A stretch of 64,000 bases of DNA, taken from positions 480,001 to 544,000 of the forward strand of contig CAVUKB010000007.1 in assembly GCA_963741955.1 (NCBI GenBank), given 5' to 3'. The notes below the pieces were generated by a model. It was given only the letters and a program-made list of their open reading frames with translations. It was not told the origin of the DNA and ran no database searches. A program made the position numbers and the translations under genes. Source of the stretch: an uncultured Acidobacteriota bacterium (lineage in GTDB: Bacteria > Acidobacteriota > Thermoanaerobaculia > Gp7-AA8). Positions 35,937-46,800 of the stretch are shown piece by piece (within the stretch, counting starts at the first letter, position 1; each line of letters opens with the position of its first letter).

Positions 35937-37037
35937 CTACTTCAACAGCTTCAGGATCTCCGGCTTCGATTTCGCGAAGAAACGGCTGTCGCGGTCGACC
36001 TTCGCGCCGGCGTCCAGCAGTGCCTCGACCACGTCGGGACGATTTCGCATCACCGCTCCGAGCAGCGCAGTCTGATGGACGGAGTTGGTGACGTTCGGAT
36101 CCGCACCGGCGGTGAGGAGCGTCCGTACCGCTTCGACCGGACATTGATTTGCCGCGACGTGGAGCACCGAGTTGGCGAGCGGAGGGCCGGTGTCGCCGAT
36201 CCTGGCGCCGCGCTCGAGAAGGAGACCGATGGTCGTGATGAGCGGCGCAGGATCTTCGTCGGGTTTGCAGCGTTCCAGGAGGTAGATGAGAGGGGGAACG
36301 TTCCGCACCGGCTCGACGCTCCAGGTTCCGGCGGCGAGGTTCGCCCGGAGCGTGGCGAGATCGCGGCGAATGAGTGCCTGGCTGAACGAGCGAGCGGAGG
36401 GTTGCGAGGAGACTGCCGGCGTACCGAGCGCTTCTCTGATCACTGCGAGCTTTTCCTTCGAACGGGCGGCACTCTTCAAAAGCTGATCGCGATCGCCCTC
36501 GACGTCTGCTCCTCCCCGGATCAGAATGCGCATCGTCTCGGGCGTTCCGAACAGAATTGCGGTGCGCAGCGCCGTGTCGCCTCTCTCGTTGCGAAGGTTC
36601 GGGTTCGCGCCGGCCTTCAGGAGGAGCCGCATCACGTCGGGGCATTGAGAGGCCCGCATGAGCGGCGTGCCACCGTCGCGCGTGTCGCGCCGGTTCGGGT
36701 CCGCTCCCGCATCGAGAATGACCTTCACCACCTCGGCGACCGGTTTGCTCTCGCAGGCGAACATCATCACGTACTGCAGCGGAGAGACCGGGACGATCTC
36801 CTCCCCCATATCGATCTTCATCACCTCGTCCGCCGGCATACCGGCGGTGAGGAACAGCTGCAGGTCTTCGGCGTTGGGAGGATTGAGCGTTGCCTGCATC
36901 GTCTCGAGGCTGACCGCACCGTAGCGTTTCTCGAGCGTCTTGCGCGCCTTCTCTTTGTCGGTTGCGGCAAACGCGACGGTGTTGGCGACGATGAGGAGAA
37001 GTACCAGAAGGGAGAGACGACGGAGCGCGATGATCAT
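35937..37037 (-). CDS. Secreted ankyrin-repeat protein
   Basis: Signal peptide; GTPLMRA, GDTALRTA, LLxAGADPN repeats. Confidence 0.85.
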   Translation of the reverse strand: MIIALRRLSLLVLLLIVANTVAFAATDKEKARKTLEKRYGAVSLETMQATLNPPNAEDLQLFLTAGMPADEVMKIDMGEEIVPVSPLQYVMMFACESKPVAEVVKVILDAGADPNRRDTRDGGTPLMRASQCPDVMRLLLKAGANPNLRNERGDTALRTAILFGTPETMRILIRGGADVEGDRDQLLKSAARSKEKLAVIREALGTPAVSSQPSARSFSQALIRRDLATLRANLAAGTWSVEPVRNVPPLIYLLERCKPDEDPAPLITTIGLLLERGARIGDTGPPLANSVLHVAANQCPVEAVRTLLTAGADPNVTNSVHQTALLGAVMRNRPDVVEALLDAGAKVDRDSRFFAKSKPEILKLLK

Positions 37038-37307
37038 GACGACCTCCTTTCCGCGGCGCGCGCGTACGGGAGAGACGCACACCCGCAGGGCCGGGTCCGG
37101 ATGTCCACGACTGCCAATTGCCTGGTAGAAAGAGTCAGGGTACCACCAGTACGCCCGAGACCGAACGCCTCAGCGGCGTTGTCGAGAAAGACCGGGCTCG
37201 GCTGTGACGCATGTGAACCCCGGGTGCCGGCGCGCTTCAAACCGCGGCTGATGCCCGTCGCGCGTTCGGCGCGGGGTCGGACGTCGCAGGTTCCGCAGTC
37301 TCGTCGC

Positions 37308-37433
37308 ACGGATCGATTCGGGAGTCAGGGGAGGGTTGCCAGACTTTTGGAGCCCGGATTCGCGGGTGGAGCTGCGAGAAGGGCTCGCTCGAGGGTCCGA
37401 ATGGCGGGCGGCGGTCCCTGAAAGTTCGGCCAC
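37308..37433. repeat. 126-bp dispersed repeat, copy A
   Basis: Aligns with 38422-38547, including a perfect GGAGCCCGGATTCGCGGGTGGAGCTGCG core. Confidence 0.75.
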
Positions 37434-37487
37434 GAAGAGGCCGAAAGCGGAGCATCGGGCATCGAGCTGGCAATGGCACGGTCCTGG

Positions 37488-37538
37488 CCCGCATTTCTCA
37501 CACCGTCTCCGCAGCAGAGACGATGTGAGAAATGCGGG
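37488..37538. mobile_element. 51-bp mini-element with IS1380-type ends and CTGG target duplication
   Basis: CTGG|CCCGCATTTCTCACA...TGTGAGAAATGCGGG|CTGG. Confidence 0.88.
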
Positions 37539-37552
37539 CTGGAGGGTCGCTC

Positions 37553-38386
37553 ATGCTGTGGAGAGGAAGGCGTCGAAGCGGGAACGTCGAAGACCGGCGT
37601 GGGATGGGGCCCGTACTGATTGGCGGTGGCGGCGTGGGAGCGATCGTGATCGCGTTGCTGGTGGTTCTTTTCGGCGGGGATCCGAGCGAAGTTCTTCAGA
37701 CCACACCACCCGCATCCTCCGAGAGCTCATCCGCATCGCCCTCGGATCCGCAGGCCGAGATGGTCTCGGTGGTGCTCGCCGACACCGAAGATGTCTGGAG
37801 CCAGGTTTTCCGGGAGGAGATCGGGCAGCCCTACCGCGAACCGAAGCTGGTCTTGTTCGATGGCGCAGTGGCATCCGCGTGCGGAACCGAATCGTCGGCC
37901 ACCGGACCGTTCTATTGTCCGCGGGACGAGAAGGTGTATCTCGATCTCTCCTTTTTCCGCGAGCTCGCGCGCTTCGGGGCTCCCGGAGATTTCGCGCAGG
38001 CGTACGTGGTCGCCCACGAGGTCGGCCATCACGTTCAGAATCTTCTCGGGATCTCGGACCAGGTCAGAGAGGCGCGCGCGAGCGCGAACGAAGCGGAGGC
38101 CAACGGCCTCTCTGTTCGCATGGAGCTGCAGGCAGATTGTCTCGCCGGCGTGTGGGGCAACCGTGCGCAGAAGATGAAAGGGATTCTCGACAGCCATGAC
38201 CTGCAGGAGGCGCTGGACGCGGCGAGTTCGATCGGCGACGACCGTCTCCAGAATCAGAGTCGTGGTTATGCCGTTCCCGAGAGCTTTACACACGGAAGCT
38301 CCGAACAGCGGGTGCGATGGTTCCGCCGGGGATTCGACAGCGGCAACATCAGCAACTGCGACACGTTCAACAGCTCATTTCGCTGA
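37553..38386 (+). CDS. Neutral zinc metallopeptidase (YpfJ-like)
   Basis: SGNVEDRR, GPFYCP, AHEVGHHVQ, ELQADC, FTHGSSEQR. Confidence 0.92.
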   Translation: MLWRGRRRSGNVEDRRGMGPVLIGGGGVGAIVIALLVVLFGGDPSEVLQTTPPASSESSSASPSDPQAEMVSVVLADTEDVWSQVFREEIGQPYREPKLVLFDGAVASACGTESSATGPFYCPRDEKVYLDLSFFRELARFGAPGDFAQAYVVAHEVGHHVQNLLGISDQVREARASANEAEANGLSVRMELQADCLAGVWGNRAQKMKGILDSHDLQEALDAASSIGDDRLQNQSRGYAVPESFTHGSSEQRVRWFRRGFDSGNISNCDTFNSSFR

Positions 38387-38421
38387 CGTCAGGTACTGCG
38401 GCTTCGTCGCGTGAGGCGAGA

Positions 38422-38547
38422 ACGGATCGATCCGCGAGTCAGGCGCGGGTTACCAAACTTTGGGAGCCCGGATTCGCGGGTGGAGCTGCGGGAGTGGATT
38501 GATCGACGCTCCGAATGGGGGGCGGCGGTCCTCGAAAGTTCGGCCAC
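38422..38547. repeat. 126-bp dispersed repeat, copy B
   Basis: Direct repeat of 37308-37433. Confidence 0.75.
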
Positions 38548-38592
38548 AAAGGGTTCGGACCGATCGGTTCGCGCTTCCGTAGCCTTCCGACT

Positions 38593-39459
38593 TCACTGTT
38601 GCGAGCGGATGCTCTTGACCACCTCGGTCAGCATCTTCTTTCCCTTTTCCTGCTCGTCTTCCTTCTGGCTGCGCATCAGACGATCGGCTTCTTCGAGGCG
38701 GGTCAGGATCGAAGTGACCGGGATCGGAGAAGCGTCGGGGAAGATGCGGCGCTCGAGGCGGCCGATCTCGAGATCGAGCGTCACCGGATCGGGAGTGTCA
38801 CGGAGTCGTTGAAGCATCTGGATCGTGTCGTAGTCCGGGTTGCCCGGATCATCCTGCGGAACGGCCTGCCGGAAATGAACTTCCACCAGCGACTCGCGCT
38901 GGTTCTCTGTTTCCGTCGCGGAATCGATCTCGACGTCCGCTTTGTCCGCGACACCTCCGAGCTCGAATCGTTTCGAGGTGTCGGGCGCCATCCATGCGTC
39001 GATCTTCTTGTCGATCGTCGACATCTTCCCGTCGCGCCAGTAGCGGATCTTCACGCTGCCGACCCAGACCCGGCTGTTGGCTTTGAAGAGTGAGCGTTTG
39101 CGGGGGACCACCACGCGAACCTGAAACGGATGGTCGGAGCTCGCCTGGAACGAATCGACGTCGCCCGAGCCCTGCACGCTCGAGACGAGGTGCTCCTTCT
39201 TGATCGTCGGTCCGTCCGATGCGTCGACCCAGCGCACCCAGCGATAGCTGCCGTCCGGGAGCGGTCCGCGAAGCGCGTCGAGACGCTGATCGATCCGCTT
39301 CGAGAGGTCGTAGCTCGTGACGTACGGATTCACGACCATCGAGCGGATCTCGTAGAGGGCAGCGAGCGCGGTCATCTCCTGCTGGCACTGCGTCTCCACC
39401 GCGAGCGCGGCCGGTACCGTGAGAAGGAGAGCGAGAGCTGAAAGCAGAACGGTCCGCAT
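38593..39459 (-). CDS. Secreted hypothetical protein
   Basis: GGAGG RBS, signal peptide ending ALA, typical codon usage. Confidence 0.75.
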   Translation of the reverse strand: MRTVLLSALALLLTVPAALAVETQCQQEMTALAALYEIRSMVVNPYVTSYDLSKRIDQRLDALRGPLPDGSYRWVRWVDASDGPTIKKEHLVSSVQGSGDVDSFQASSDHPFQVRVVVPRKRSLFKANSRVWVGSVKIRYWRDGKMSTIDKKIDAWMAPDTSKRFELGGVADKADVEIDSATETENQRESLVEVHFRQAVPQDDPGNPDYDTIQMLQRLRDTPDPVTLDLEIGRLERRIFPDASPIPVTSILTRLEEADRLMRSQKEDEQEKGKKMLTEVVKSIRSQQ

Positions 39460-39703
39460 GGTTCCTCCACGAGTTGCAGTCGATGAGATTGATTGTAACG
39501 CGCGGGGGCGGGAAGCACGAGGTGAGACGGAGGTGGGGAAGGGCGCGGCGCGGAACCACGAGGCGCGCGTGGAGCATCCATCAGTGCCCTGCACTCTCCT
39601 CACCGCTCGGCGTGTTCTGGTCGCGATCGGGGTTCGTGCCGGCATTTCTCCGATCCGCGGCGCCCCGGTGCGTCGAGGCTGCGCCGCGGATCGGAGCTGG
39701 ACG

Positions 39704-40675
39704 TCAATTGGCCGGGGCCGGCTTGGTCGGGGCCTGGTCGACCGCGTCGGTGTATTCGTAGAGAGGAGTCGAGAGGTACCTCTCGCCGGTGTCGGGAAGG
39801 ATCGCGATCACCCTTTTCCCCGTTCCGAGCTCCTTTGCGAGCTGCAGCGCGGACCAGGCGATTGCCCCGGAGGAGATGCCGACCAGAATCCCTTCGGATT
39901 TCGCCAGTGCCCGTGAAGTTCCTACCGCGTCGTCCCACGACACGTCGAAGACGCGATCGACGACCGAGGGGTCGTAGATGGACGGAACGAAGCCGGCACC
40001 GATTCCCTGCAGCTTGTGCGGGTTGTGAGAGCCGCCCTTCAGAACGGTGGACTCGACCGGTTCCACGGCGGCGATCACGATTTCTTTCCGGAGGTTCTTC
40101 ATGACCTTGCCGACGCCGGTGACGGTTCCACCGGTCCCGACGCCCGCGACGACTCCATCGATCTCCCCCCCGGTGTCGGCGATGATCTCCGTCGCAGTGG
40201 TCGTTTCATGAATCCAGACGTTCGCGGGGTTGTCGAACTGCCGCGAGAGCCACCCTCCCGGAGTCTTCGCGGCGAACTCCTCCGCCTGCCGCATCGTTTC
40301 CTTGACGCCGGCGGGGCCGGGAGTCAGATGGAGCTCCGCGCCGAGCGCCTGCAGGAGCTTCCGCCTCTCGATCGACATGGTGTCGGGCATGAAGAGGACG
40401 CAGCGGTAGCCGAGCGCTGCGGCGACCATGGCCAGTCCGATCCCGGTATTGCCGCTGGTCGCCTCGACGATCGTTCCTCCCGCTGCGAGCGCGCCGGAGC
40501 GTTCCGCGTCCCGTACCATGGAGATCGCGATCCGCTCTTTGACGCAGGAGAGCGGGTTGAATGACTCGAGCTTGACCGCCACCTCGGCGCTTCCCTTCTC
40601 CGGAAGGCGTCGAAGGCGGACCAGAGGAGTCCGGCCGATCAGTTGGGTCACGTCGTCGTAGATTCTTCCATGCAT
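39704..40675 (-). CDS. cysK: Cysteine synthase A
   Basis: IGRTPLV, NPLSCVKERIA PLP lysine, EATSGNTG, GVGTGGT, PDTGERYLST. Confidence 0.95.
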   Translation of the reverse strand: MHGRIYDDVTQLIGRTPLVRLRRLPEKGSAEVAVKLESFNPLSCVKERIAISMVRDAERSGALAAGGTIVEATSGNTGIGLAMVAAALGYRCVLFMPDTMSIERRKLLQALGAELHLTPGPAGVKETMRQAEEFAAKTPGGWLSRQFDNPANVWIHETTTATEIIADTGGEIDGVVAGVGTGGTVTGVGKVMKNLRKEIVIAAVEPVESTVLKGGSHNPHKLQGIGAGFVPSIYDPSVVDRVFDVSWDDAVGTSRALAKSEGILVGISSGAIAWSALQLAKELGTGKRVIAILPDTGERYLSTPLYEYTDAVDQAPTKPAPAN

Positions 40676-40839
40676 GCTGCCTCCTCCTGTTTCGTGGACC
40701 AGGTGCGGACCGACCGTGCAGATTCCCGGCCCGCTCCGGAACCCGGATCGCGTCGGTACAAGGGCGATGGAGCGGAATCCTCCTGCAGGATCCCGTTCCC
40801 GCTACGAGTCAGATGATCGAAGGGGCGCCCGGGTTGCAG

Positions 40840-41529
40840 TCAGGCGCTGACGCCGAGGTAGCGGTATCCGATCTTCGCGACCCCGACGATGACCTCCGAG
40901 TCGGTGCCGACGGCCGCCTGCAGCTTCCGGCGAAGGCGCGTGACGTGGGTGTCGACGGTCCGGCTGTTCAGATTCAGGTCGACCCGGTAGTTCCAGACCC
41001 GCGACAGAAGCTCCTCGCGGGGGACGACGCGCTCGCGGTTCTTGAACAGGTACATCAGGAGGTCGAACTCCTTGGGCGAGAGCTTGAGCTTCTGCTCGTT
41101 CGCTTCCGCCTCGCGGGTCGACGGATCGAGCTTGATCATCGAATCCGAGTAGACATCGTGGCGGACCGTCTCGCTCCGCCGGAGCACTGCATCGATGCGT
41201 GCGAAGAGCTCCTGCAGGCCGAATGGTTTGGTGACGTAGTCGTCCGCCCCGCCGCGCAGGCCGCGAACCTTGTCCGTCTCGGCGCCGCGTGCGGTGAGAA
41301 GTATCACCGGGATCTTGGAGTACTTGCGGATGTGGTCGAGAACTTCGAACCCGCTCTTCTTCGGGAGCATCAGGTCGAGGAGGACGAGATCCGGCGACTC
41401 GCTGTGAAACAGCTCGACGGCCTGTTCGCCATCCGCGGCAAGGACGGGTTCGAATCCTTCGAGACGGAGATTGATCTCCAGTCCCTGCCGGAGCCCACCA
41501 TCGTCTTCAACGACCAGAATCTTCTGCAT
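40840..41529 (-). CDS. OmpR family response regulator
   Basis: LVVEDD, LDLMLP, GADDYVTKPF, RTVDTHV. Confidence 0.92.
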   Translation of the reverse strand: MQKILVVEDDGGLRQGLEINLRLEGFEPVLAADGEQAVELFHSESPDLVLLDLMLPKKSGFEVLDHIRKYSKIPVILLTARGAETDKVRGLRGGADDYVTKPFGLQELFARIDAVLRRSETVRHDVYSDSMIKLDPSTREAEANEQKLKLSPKEFDLLMYLFKNRERVVPREELLSRVWNYRVDLNLNSRTVDTHVTRLRRKLQAAVGTDSEVIVGVAKIGYRYLGVSA

Positions 41530-41593
41530 TCGACCGCCTCCCGGAGTGCGAGTCTCCCCTCCAGAGCCAATTCGTTCCGGGCGGGCCTGGAGG

Positions 41594-43180
41594 TCAGGAT
41601 GCCTCACTCGGATTCAATACTTCCGGAACCGCATTTCCGACGATTTCCTTCCGCATTGGAAAGACCATCCGGAACGTCGATCCCTCGCCGGGCCTGGAGT
41701 CGACCTCGATCGCTCCTCCGTGTGCCTCGATGATCTGCCGGACCAGGGTCAGACCGATTCCCGCGCCGCGCCGCGTCTCGGTATCGGAAAAGCGTGCGCG
41801 GTAGTACGGCTCGAAGATCCGCTCGATCTCCCTCTCGTCGATCCCGATGCCGTGATCGCGGACGGCCACGACCACCGCATCGTCGTGCTGCCGGAGTGAG
41901 ACCTCGACCACGCGCGTATCCGCGGAGTACTTCATCGCATTGTCGATCAGGTTCAGGAGCGCTCGGGAGATGCTCTCCCGATCCCACATCTGCTCGGGGA
42001 CCAGAGCGTCGATCTTCGTCTCCACCGTGAACCCGCGGCTCCGGATCCATCCCTCGTATGTCGAGATCAGCGACTCGACCAGTTCGTCCGGCTTCACCGG
42101 TGCGAATACCAGAGGCTTGGAGCTGCGCGCCAGACGGGTGACGTCGAGTACGTTCTCCACCAGGTGGCTCAGATGCATCGCCTCGCGCAGGATGGAGTCT
42201 TCGATGGTGGTCCGCTGCTCGGGGCTGAGTTTTTTCTGTCCCCTCTTGAGCGTCTCGGCGCCGAGCCGGATCATCGACAGCGGCGTTCGAAGCTCGTGTG
42301 AGACGTTGGCGATCAGCGCGGCACGGAGGCGGTTCGCTTCCGCCTGCCGGCGGAGTCCGAACAGCGCGAGCATCGCCCCGAGCGCAAACGCGCCGACGGC
42401 GACGGCGGCGAGCCAGATGCTGACCGCCCGGTGGTTTCGCCACGCAGCGGAGATCACGGAGATCTCGACCGAGGAACGAACCGCGTATCGAGACATCGGG
42501 GCGGCGAGAGGCACCACCACCGCGAGTCCCTCCGGCGCCCCCTGCACCAGCCCCCCCGCCGAGGCGCCGGTCGGCACCACGCGGGTGTGCGTGTACTTGC
42601 GGATGTCCCGAGCCTCCGGCAGGTGCGGGGTGGCGACTACCGGTTCGGTCTTCAGCGTCGGACCGGTGGTTTCCAGGAGGAGTGCCGGATCGTAGGTGTA
42701 CTTCATGGTTCCGGTGGCGGTGTAGAACTCGTTCGTCAGGAGGTCGTTTTTTCTGGAGGCAGGTTCGTTGATCGACGAGACGAAGATGGAGTTCTCCGGC
42801 TCGATGTCCGGAACGAAGATCGCCGAGACGATCCAGGGATTGCGATTGATCCACCTCTGAAGCGACCCGAAGGTCGGTTCGTCGATCATCCGCTCGATCT
42901 GTTGCCACTCGTCGGCACTCCGTGTCAGCTCCGATTGGATGATCGCGTCCGTTCTTCGCGCGGTGGTCTCTGCGACATACGCCAGGTACTGCACGGCGAA
43001 TTCGTCGAGTCCCTTCTCCATCCGTACTGCCAGCTGGTACGAGCGGTAGGCGAGCGCGCCGAGCGCGAGCGCGATCAGAAGAAAAGGAAGGATGAGATAG
43101 CGGCGGAGCGAAAACCCCGGATTCCGCAGGAGTCCGGAGAGAGAAGGATCGAACGAGCGGCTCGTCCGCCGGTCGTCCAT
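41594..43180 (-). CDS. Sensor histidine kinase (HisKA)
   Basis: Two TMs, NVSHELRTPL, NLIDNAMKY, GAGIGL. Confidence 0.9.
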   Translation of the reverse strand: MDDRRTSRSFDPSLSGLLRNPGFSLRRYLILPFLLIALALGALAYRSYQLAVRMEKGLDEFAVQYLAYVAETTARRTDAIIQSELTRSADEWQQIERMIDEPTFGSLQRWINRNPWIVSAIFVPDIEPENSIFVSSINEPASRKNDLLTNEFYTATGTMKYTYDPALLLETTGPTLKTEPVVATPHLPEARDIRKYTHTRVVPTGASAGGLVQGAPEGLAVVVPLAAPMSRYAVRSSVEISVISAAWRNHRAVSIWLAAVAVGAFALGAMLALFGLRRQAEANRLRAALIANVSHELRTPLSMIRLGAETLKRGQKKLSPEQRTTIEDSILREAMHLSHLVENVLDVTRLARSSKPLVFAPVKPDELVESLISTYEGWIRSRGFTVETKIDALVPEQMWDRESISRALLNLIDNAMKYSADTRVVEVSLRQHDDAVVVAVRDHGIGIDEREIERIFEPYYRARFSDTETRRGAGIGLTLVRQIIEAHGGAIEVDSRPGEGSTFRMVFPMRKEIVGNAVPEVLNPSEAS

Positions 43181-43184
43181 GGCG

Positions 43185-43691
43185 TCAGTGGTGGGCCGCT
43201 TCTGCCTCTGCTTCTGCCTGAGTCTCACCGTGGGCCTCCCGCAGATGGGCTTCGATGGCCTGGTCGATCTGCTGTTTGGTCAGGTACGCGGGGCGCACGG
43301 ATATGAGCGAGATCAGGCCCGAGCGGTTGATCGTGAAGACGAGCTTCTGGGTCTCGTGGAGTGAGCCGAGAAGACGTTTGAACTTCTCGACGCTGATGTG
43401 GGAGCAGTCCTGTCCATTGACCGCGATGACGTGATCTCCCGCCTTGAGACCGTACTCGTCCGCAGGGCTTCCCGGGACGACCTGCTGGATCTCGATGTTC
43501 GAGCGTCCGGCGATCACCCGGATTCCGAGATACTTTCGGTGGGAGAGAATCTCGCGAATCTGCTGGGCGCAGACTTTCGGTTGCTGGCTGCATTTCCGGG
43601 TCGACTTGTTCTCTTCTGCCTGCAGATGGAGTGTTCCCATCATACTGACCAGAAGTACGACACCGATATTCAGGACGGTCCGCGGGCGCAT
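43185..43691 (-). CDS. Secreted PDZ-domain protein
   Basis: Signal peptide, YLGI, VVPGSPADEYGLKAGD. Confidence 0.82.
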   Translation of the reverse strand: MRPRTVLNIGVVLLVSMMGTLHLQAEENKSTRKCSQQPKVCAQQIREILSHRKYLGIRVIAGRSNIEIQQVVPGSPADEYGLKAGDHVIAVNGQDCSHISVEKFKRLLGSLHETQKLVFTINRSGLISLISVRPAYLTKQQIDQAIEAHLREAHGETQAEAEAEAAHH

Positions 43692-43813
43692 TCGCAGTAA
43701 CCCTAACGGAAGATTCGTCCTCTCGATGCCCTATGCAGTAACAAATCGGAAAAATGTCCGCCGGATTCCCGCATTATTTCTCCGCAAGCGACTCCTCCGC
43801 GGGATGTAAACGG

Positions 43814-46800
43814 TTACTCCGCCGGAACGAACACCGCGTCCCCGGTCGCGTTCTCCACCACCGAAGCGTAGGCGATGATCGATGCGCCCGACGGTTCCGC
43901 CGTGATCTCCGCCCGGAGAGGGCCGGCCAGTGCCACTCCCGCACTGGAAAGAGGCGACAGAAGATTGACCGACTGGTACGGCGCGAGATGCTGGTCGATC
44001 ACCGCGACGACCGCGCCGCGTGAATCCCGGATGGTCACTTCGACGTCCGTATCCTCTCCTCCGAACTCGGCCAGTCCGATGTTGGTGCGCCGTGCGTCAT
44101 TCTGTACCAGGGGAAAGATCTGCAGCGCTGAGGGAGACGGGCTCCCCAGCGCCGCGATGCTCACCCGGCGTGAGGGCGATCCGAAGCTCTGCACGTACTC
44201 TCCGTAGGTTCCACTACTGCCGCCGTCGTTGTACAGCCGCGCCCAGATCGGGAGTACCGCAGTCGATTCGATCCGCAGCGCTCCGGTTCGAGCGGTCGCG
44301 ACGATGCGCCGCGGAAAGAGCGACGCGAGGAAATCGGAGCTGAACCATCCGGCATGCGGCTGCAGGTCGAGGTCTGCGCTCATGGCAGCCGAAGCGTCGT
44401 CTGCAGGAACGAATGTCACGTGTGCGGTCACCGGTGCGGAGGTCGGATTCGTCATCTGAAGAGAGGTCTTCCAGTCCGTTCCCTCCGCTCCGGGAGTCGA
44501 GCCGACGATCGCCAGCGCACCCGAGAGCCGCGGAAGCGCACTCGTCTCCTCCGAGACGTTGCGAGCGTAACTGAACACGGCATCTCCGGTGAGCGCATCG
44601 ATCCGGCTGACGTAGACGATGATCCCCGAACCACCGTCGACCCGGATGCTCGCCCCCTCGACGGCGTCGTCGCTGCCGAAGAGCGAGGTGGTGCTCGTCT
44701 GGCCCGCGCCGAACGGCTCGAGCGTCACCGGAACGGTGGATACATCGCCGCCCGCAGGATCGACGAGGGTGAGATGGACCGTTTGTGTGGAACCCGCCGG
44801 ATTCACGTATCCGATGTTGGTGCGGAATGAGTCATTCGCCGCAACTCCGAGAGCGAGCCGGGTCGGCGAGACCTCTCCGTCGATCCTCACTGCGGGTATG
44901 CGCTGGCCGAAGTCGCCCTCCGCAGCATGGTTGTAGGTGCGCACCGATGCGAGGACGGCCTCGGGGTTGCCGCTGTCGATCGCGAGAAATCCGGTCCCCT
45001 GATCCACTCCGAAGAGGTTCCGCACCACGTCGTCCGTCACCGTGGCAGTCCCGGCGTCGAACGAGAGCTCGACCGATCGGGCCGCGGCGGGATCTCCATT
45101 CGGCACGAACTTCAGCGTCATGCTGCAATCGGTTCGACACCCGAGGCTCAGCTCCGATCTCCAGTCCGTTCCTTTCGCGCCTCGGGATGCGATGACACCG
45201 GGGATGACCAGGGACGGAGCCGCGGTGGTGGTGGACTGTGCGGCCGTCCGCGGGGTGTAAACCGTGATCCGGAACGGCTGCCCTTCCGAGCCGCGGATCC
45301 GGACCTGCGCATCCTGCCGGCCGGACCCGGAGAGCGTCATCCGGCCCTCCACCACCGCAGTCTCTCCTCCCGCGAGGGTCTGCTGCGTAGGGATCGTCAG
45401 GGACGCGTCGTCCGTAGTGAGCTCCGCGGTAGCGTTTCCAGCGGTGCGGTTGTGGAGCGCGATCGGAATCGTCACGGAGGATCCGGGGAGCGCGAGCAAT
45501 GAAATGCCGGAAGTCACGAACTCCACCGGCGAAGGGTCTGCCGCGACGTGCAGCGCCGGGGACCATGGTCCCGCCGTGCAACCATCGGTCGCGCGAACAC
45601 GAACCCACGTGTCTCCCTCGTCGTGCACCCACGCCTCGGTCCGGGTCGTCTCACGCAGGGAAGGTGAAGAGAAGGCTGCGTCGCTCGCGCTCTCGATCTG
45701 GTAGAGCGGAACGGTCGCCGGACTCCAACCCACGTGGATCAGGCGTGGACCCGAATCGGGCTTCACGTATGGCGTGGTGACGGCGTCGAGTGAAGACGTG
45801 ACCCCCGCCAGAGTGCTGGCGATCCGGAGACTGAAGCGGTCCGCGGTCGCAAGAAGCGGCCCCGCCACCGCGATCTGTGACGGATCGGAAAGCCCGGTGA
45901 GATTGCCGGCGACCATCGGATGCGACGGGTCGCTCAGGTCGATACGGGTGATCTCGCCGGTCGAGAGTGCGATCCAGGCGACGTTCTCGCGGGCTGCGAT
46001 CGAAACGGCCGGACCGACCGCCAGATCGCCGACCTCGCGCGGAAGAGTCGGAGCCGAGATGTCGAAGACTCTCAGCTCGCCGGCATCGGCGAGAAGGAGA
46101 AGAGGAGGTGCCGTGCCGGTCGCCGGGATGGTTGCGGCGGCGGTGACGTCCGTGGCGTCGAGAATTTCGACCAGCGTCGCATGACGCGGATCGGAGATGT
46201 CCGCGACCTTGACGCCCTGGAGGATTCCGGCATACAGCGCTCCCGGGACGGCCGCGATGACGCCGTTGAACATTCCCACTCCTCCGTTCTTCAGGCCACT
46301 CAGCTGCACCGGATTCGCAGGATCGGAGATGTCGAGTACGTGAAGCCCGCTCGCTCGATTGACTTCGATCAGGTAGGGCCCCGCCATCACCGCGCCACTG
46401 AACGGAAGTCCGAAAGTCTCGTAGGAACCGATCAGGCGGGGATGGGCGGCGTCCGTGACGTCCAGCATGTAGACGTACTCCCGCCCGTGCGCCAGGAGGA
46501 GGTTGCCATCCAGATGCAGGAGATCGAACGGCTCGGGAAGCGTCATCGAACCGACTTCCCTGGGAGCGAGAGGCTCGCTCGCATCGATGACGTGGATGGT
46601 GCTCGAATCCGAGACGTAGATCGTCTGTCCCTTGATCGCGACGCCGGTCAGCTCGCCCCCCTGGCCACCAAACTGCCCGTCGAGATGCAGCGCGCGAGGA
46701 TCCGTCGCATCGTAGAGGCGCAGCGCCGACTCCGTTGCGACCGGGAGGCCGACGCGGTCGAGTGAATCGCCCGAAACGAGGAGGCGTCTCCCGGATGTCG

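Noticed and set aside
40676-40839. SAM riboswitch upstream of cysK
   Set aside because: Could not find the conserved SAM-I core by eye
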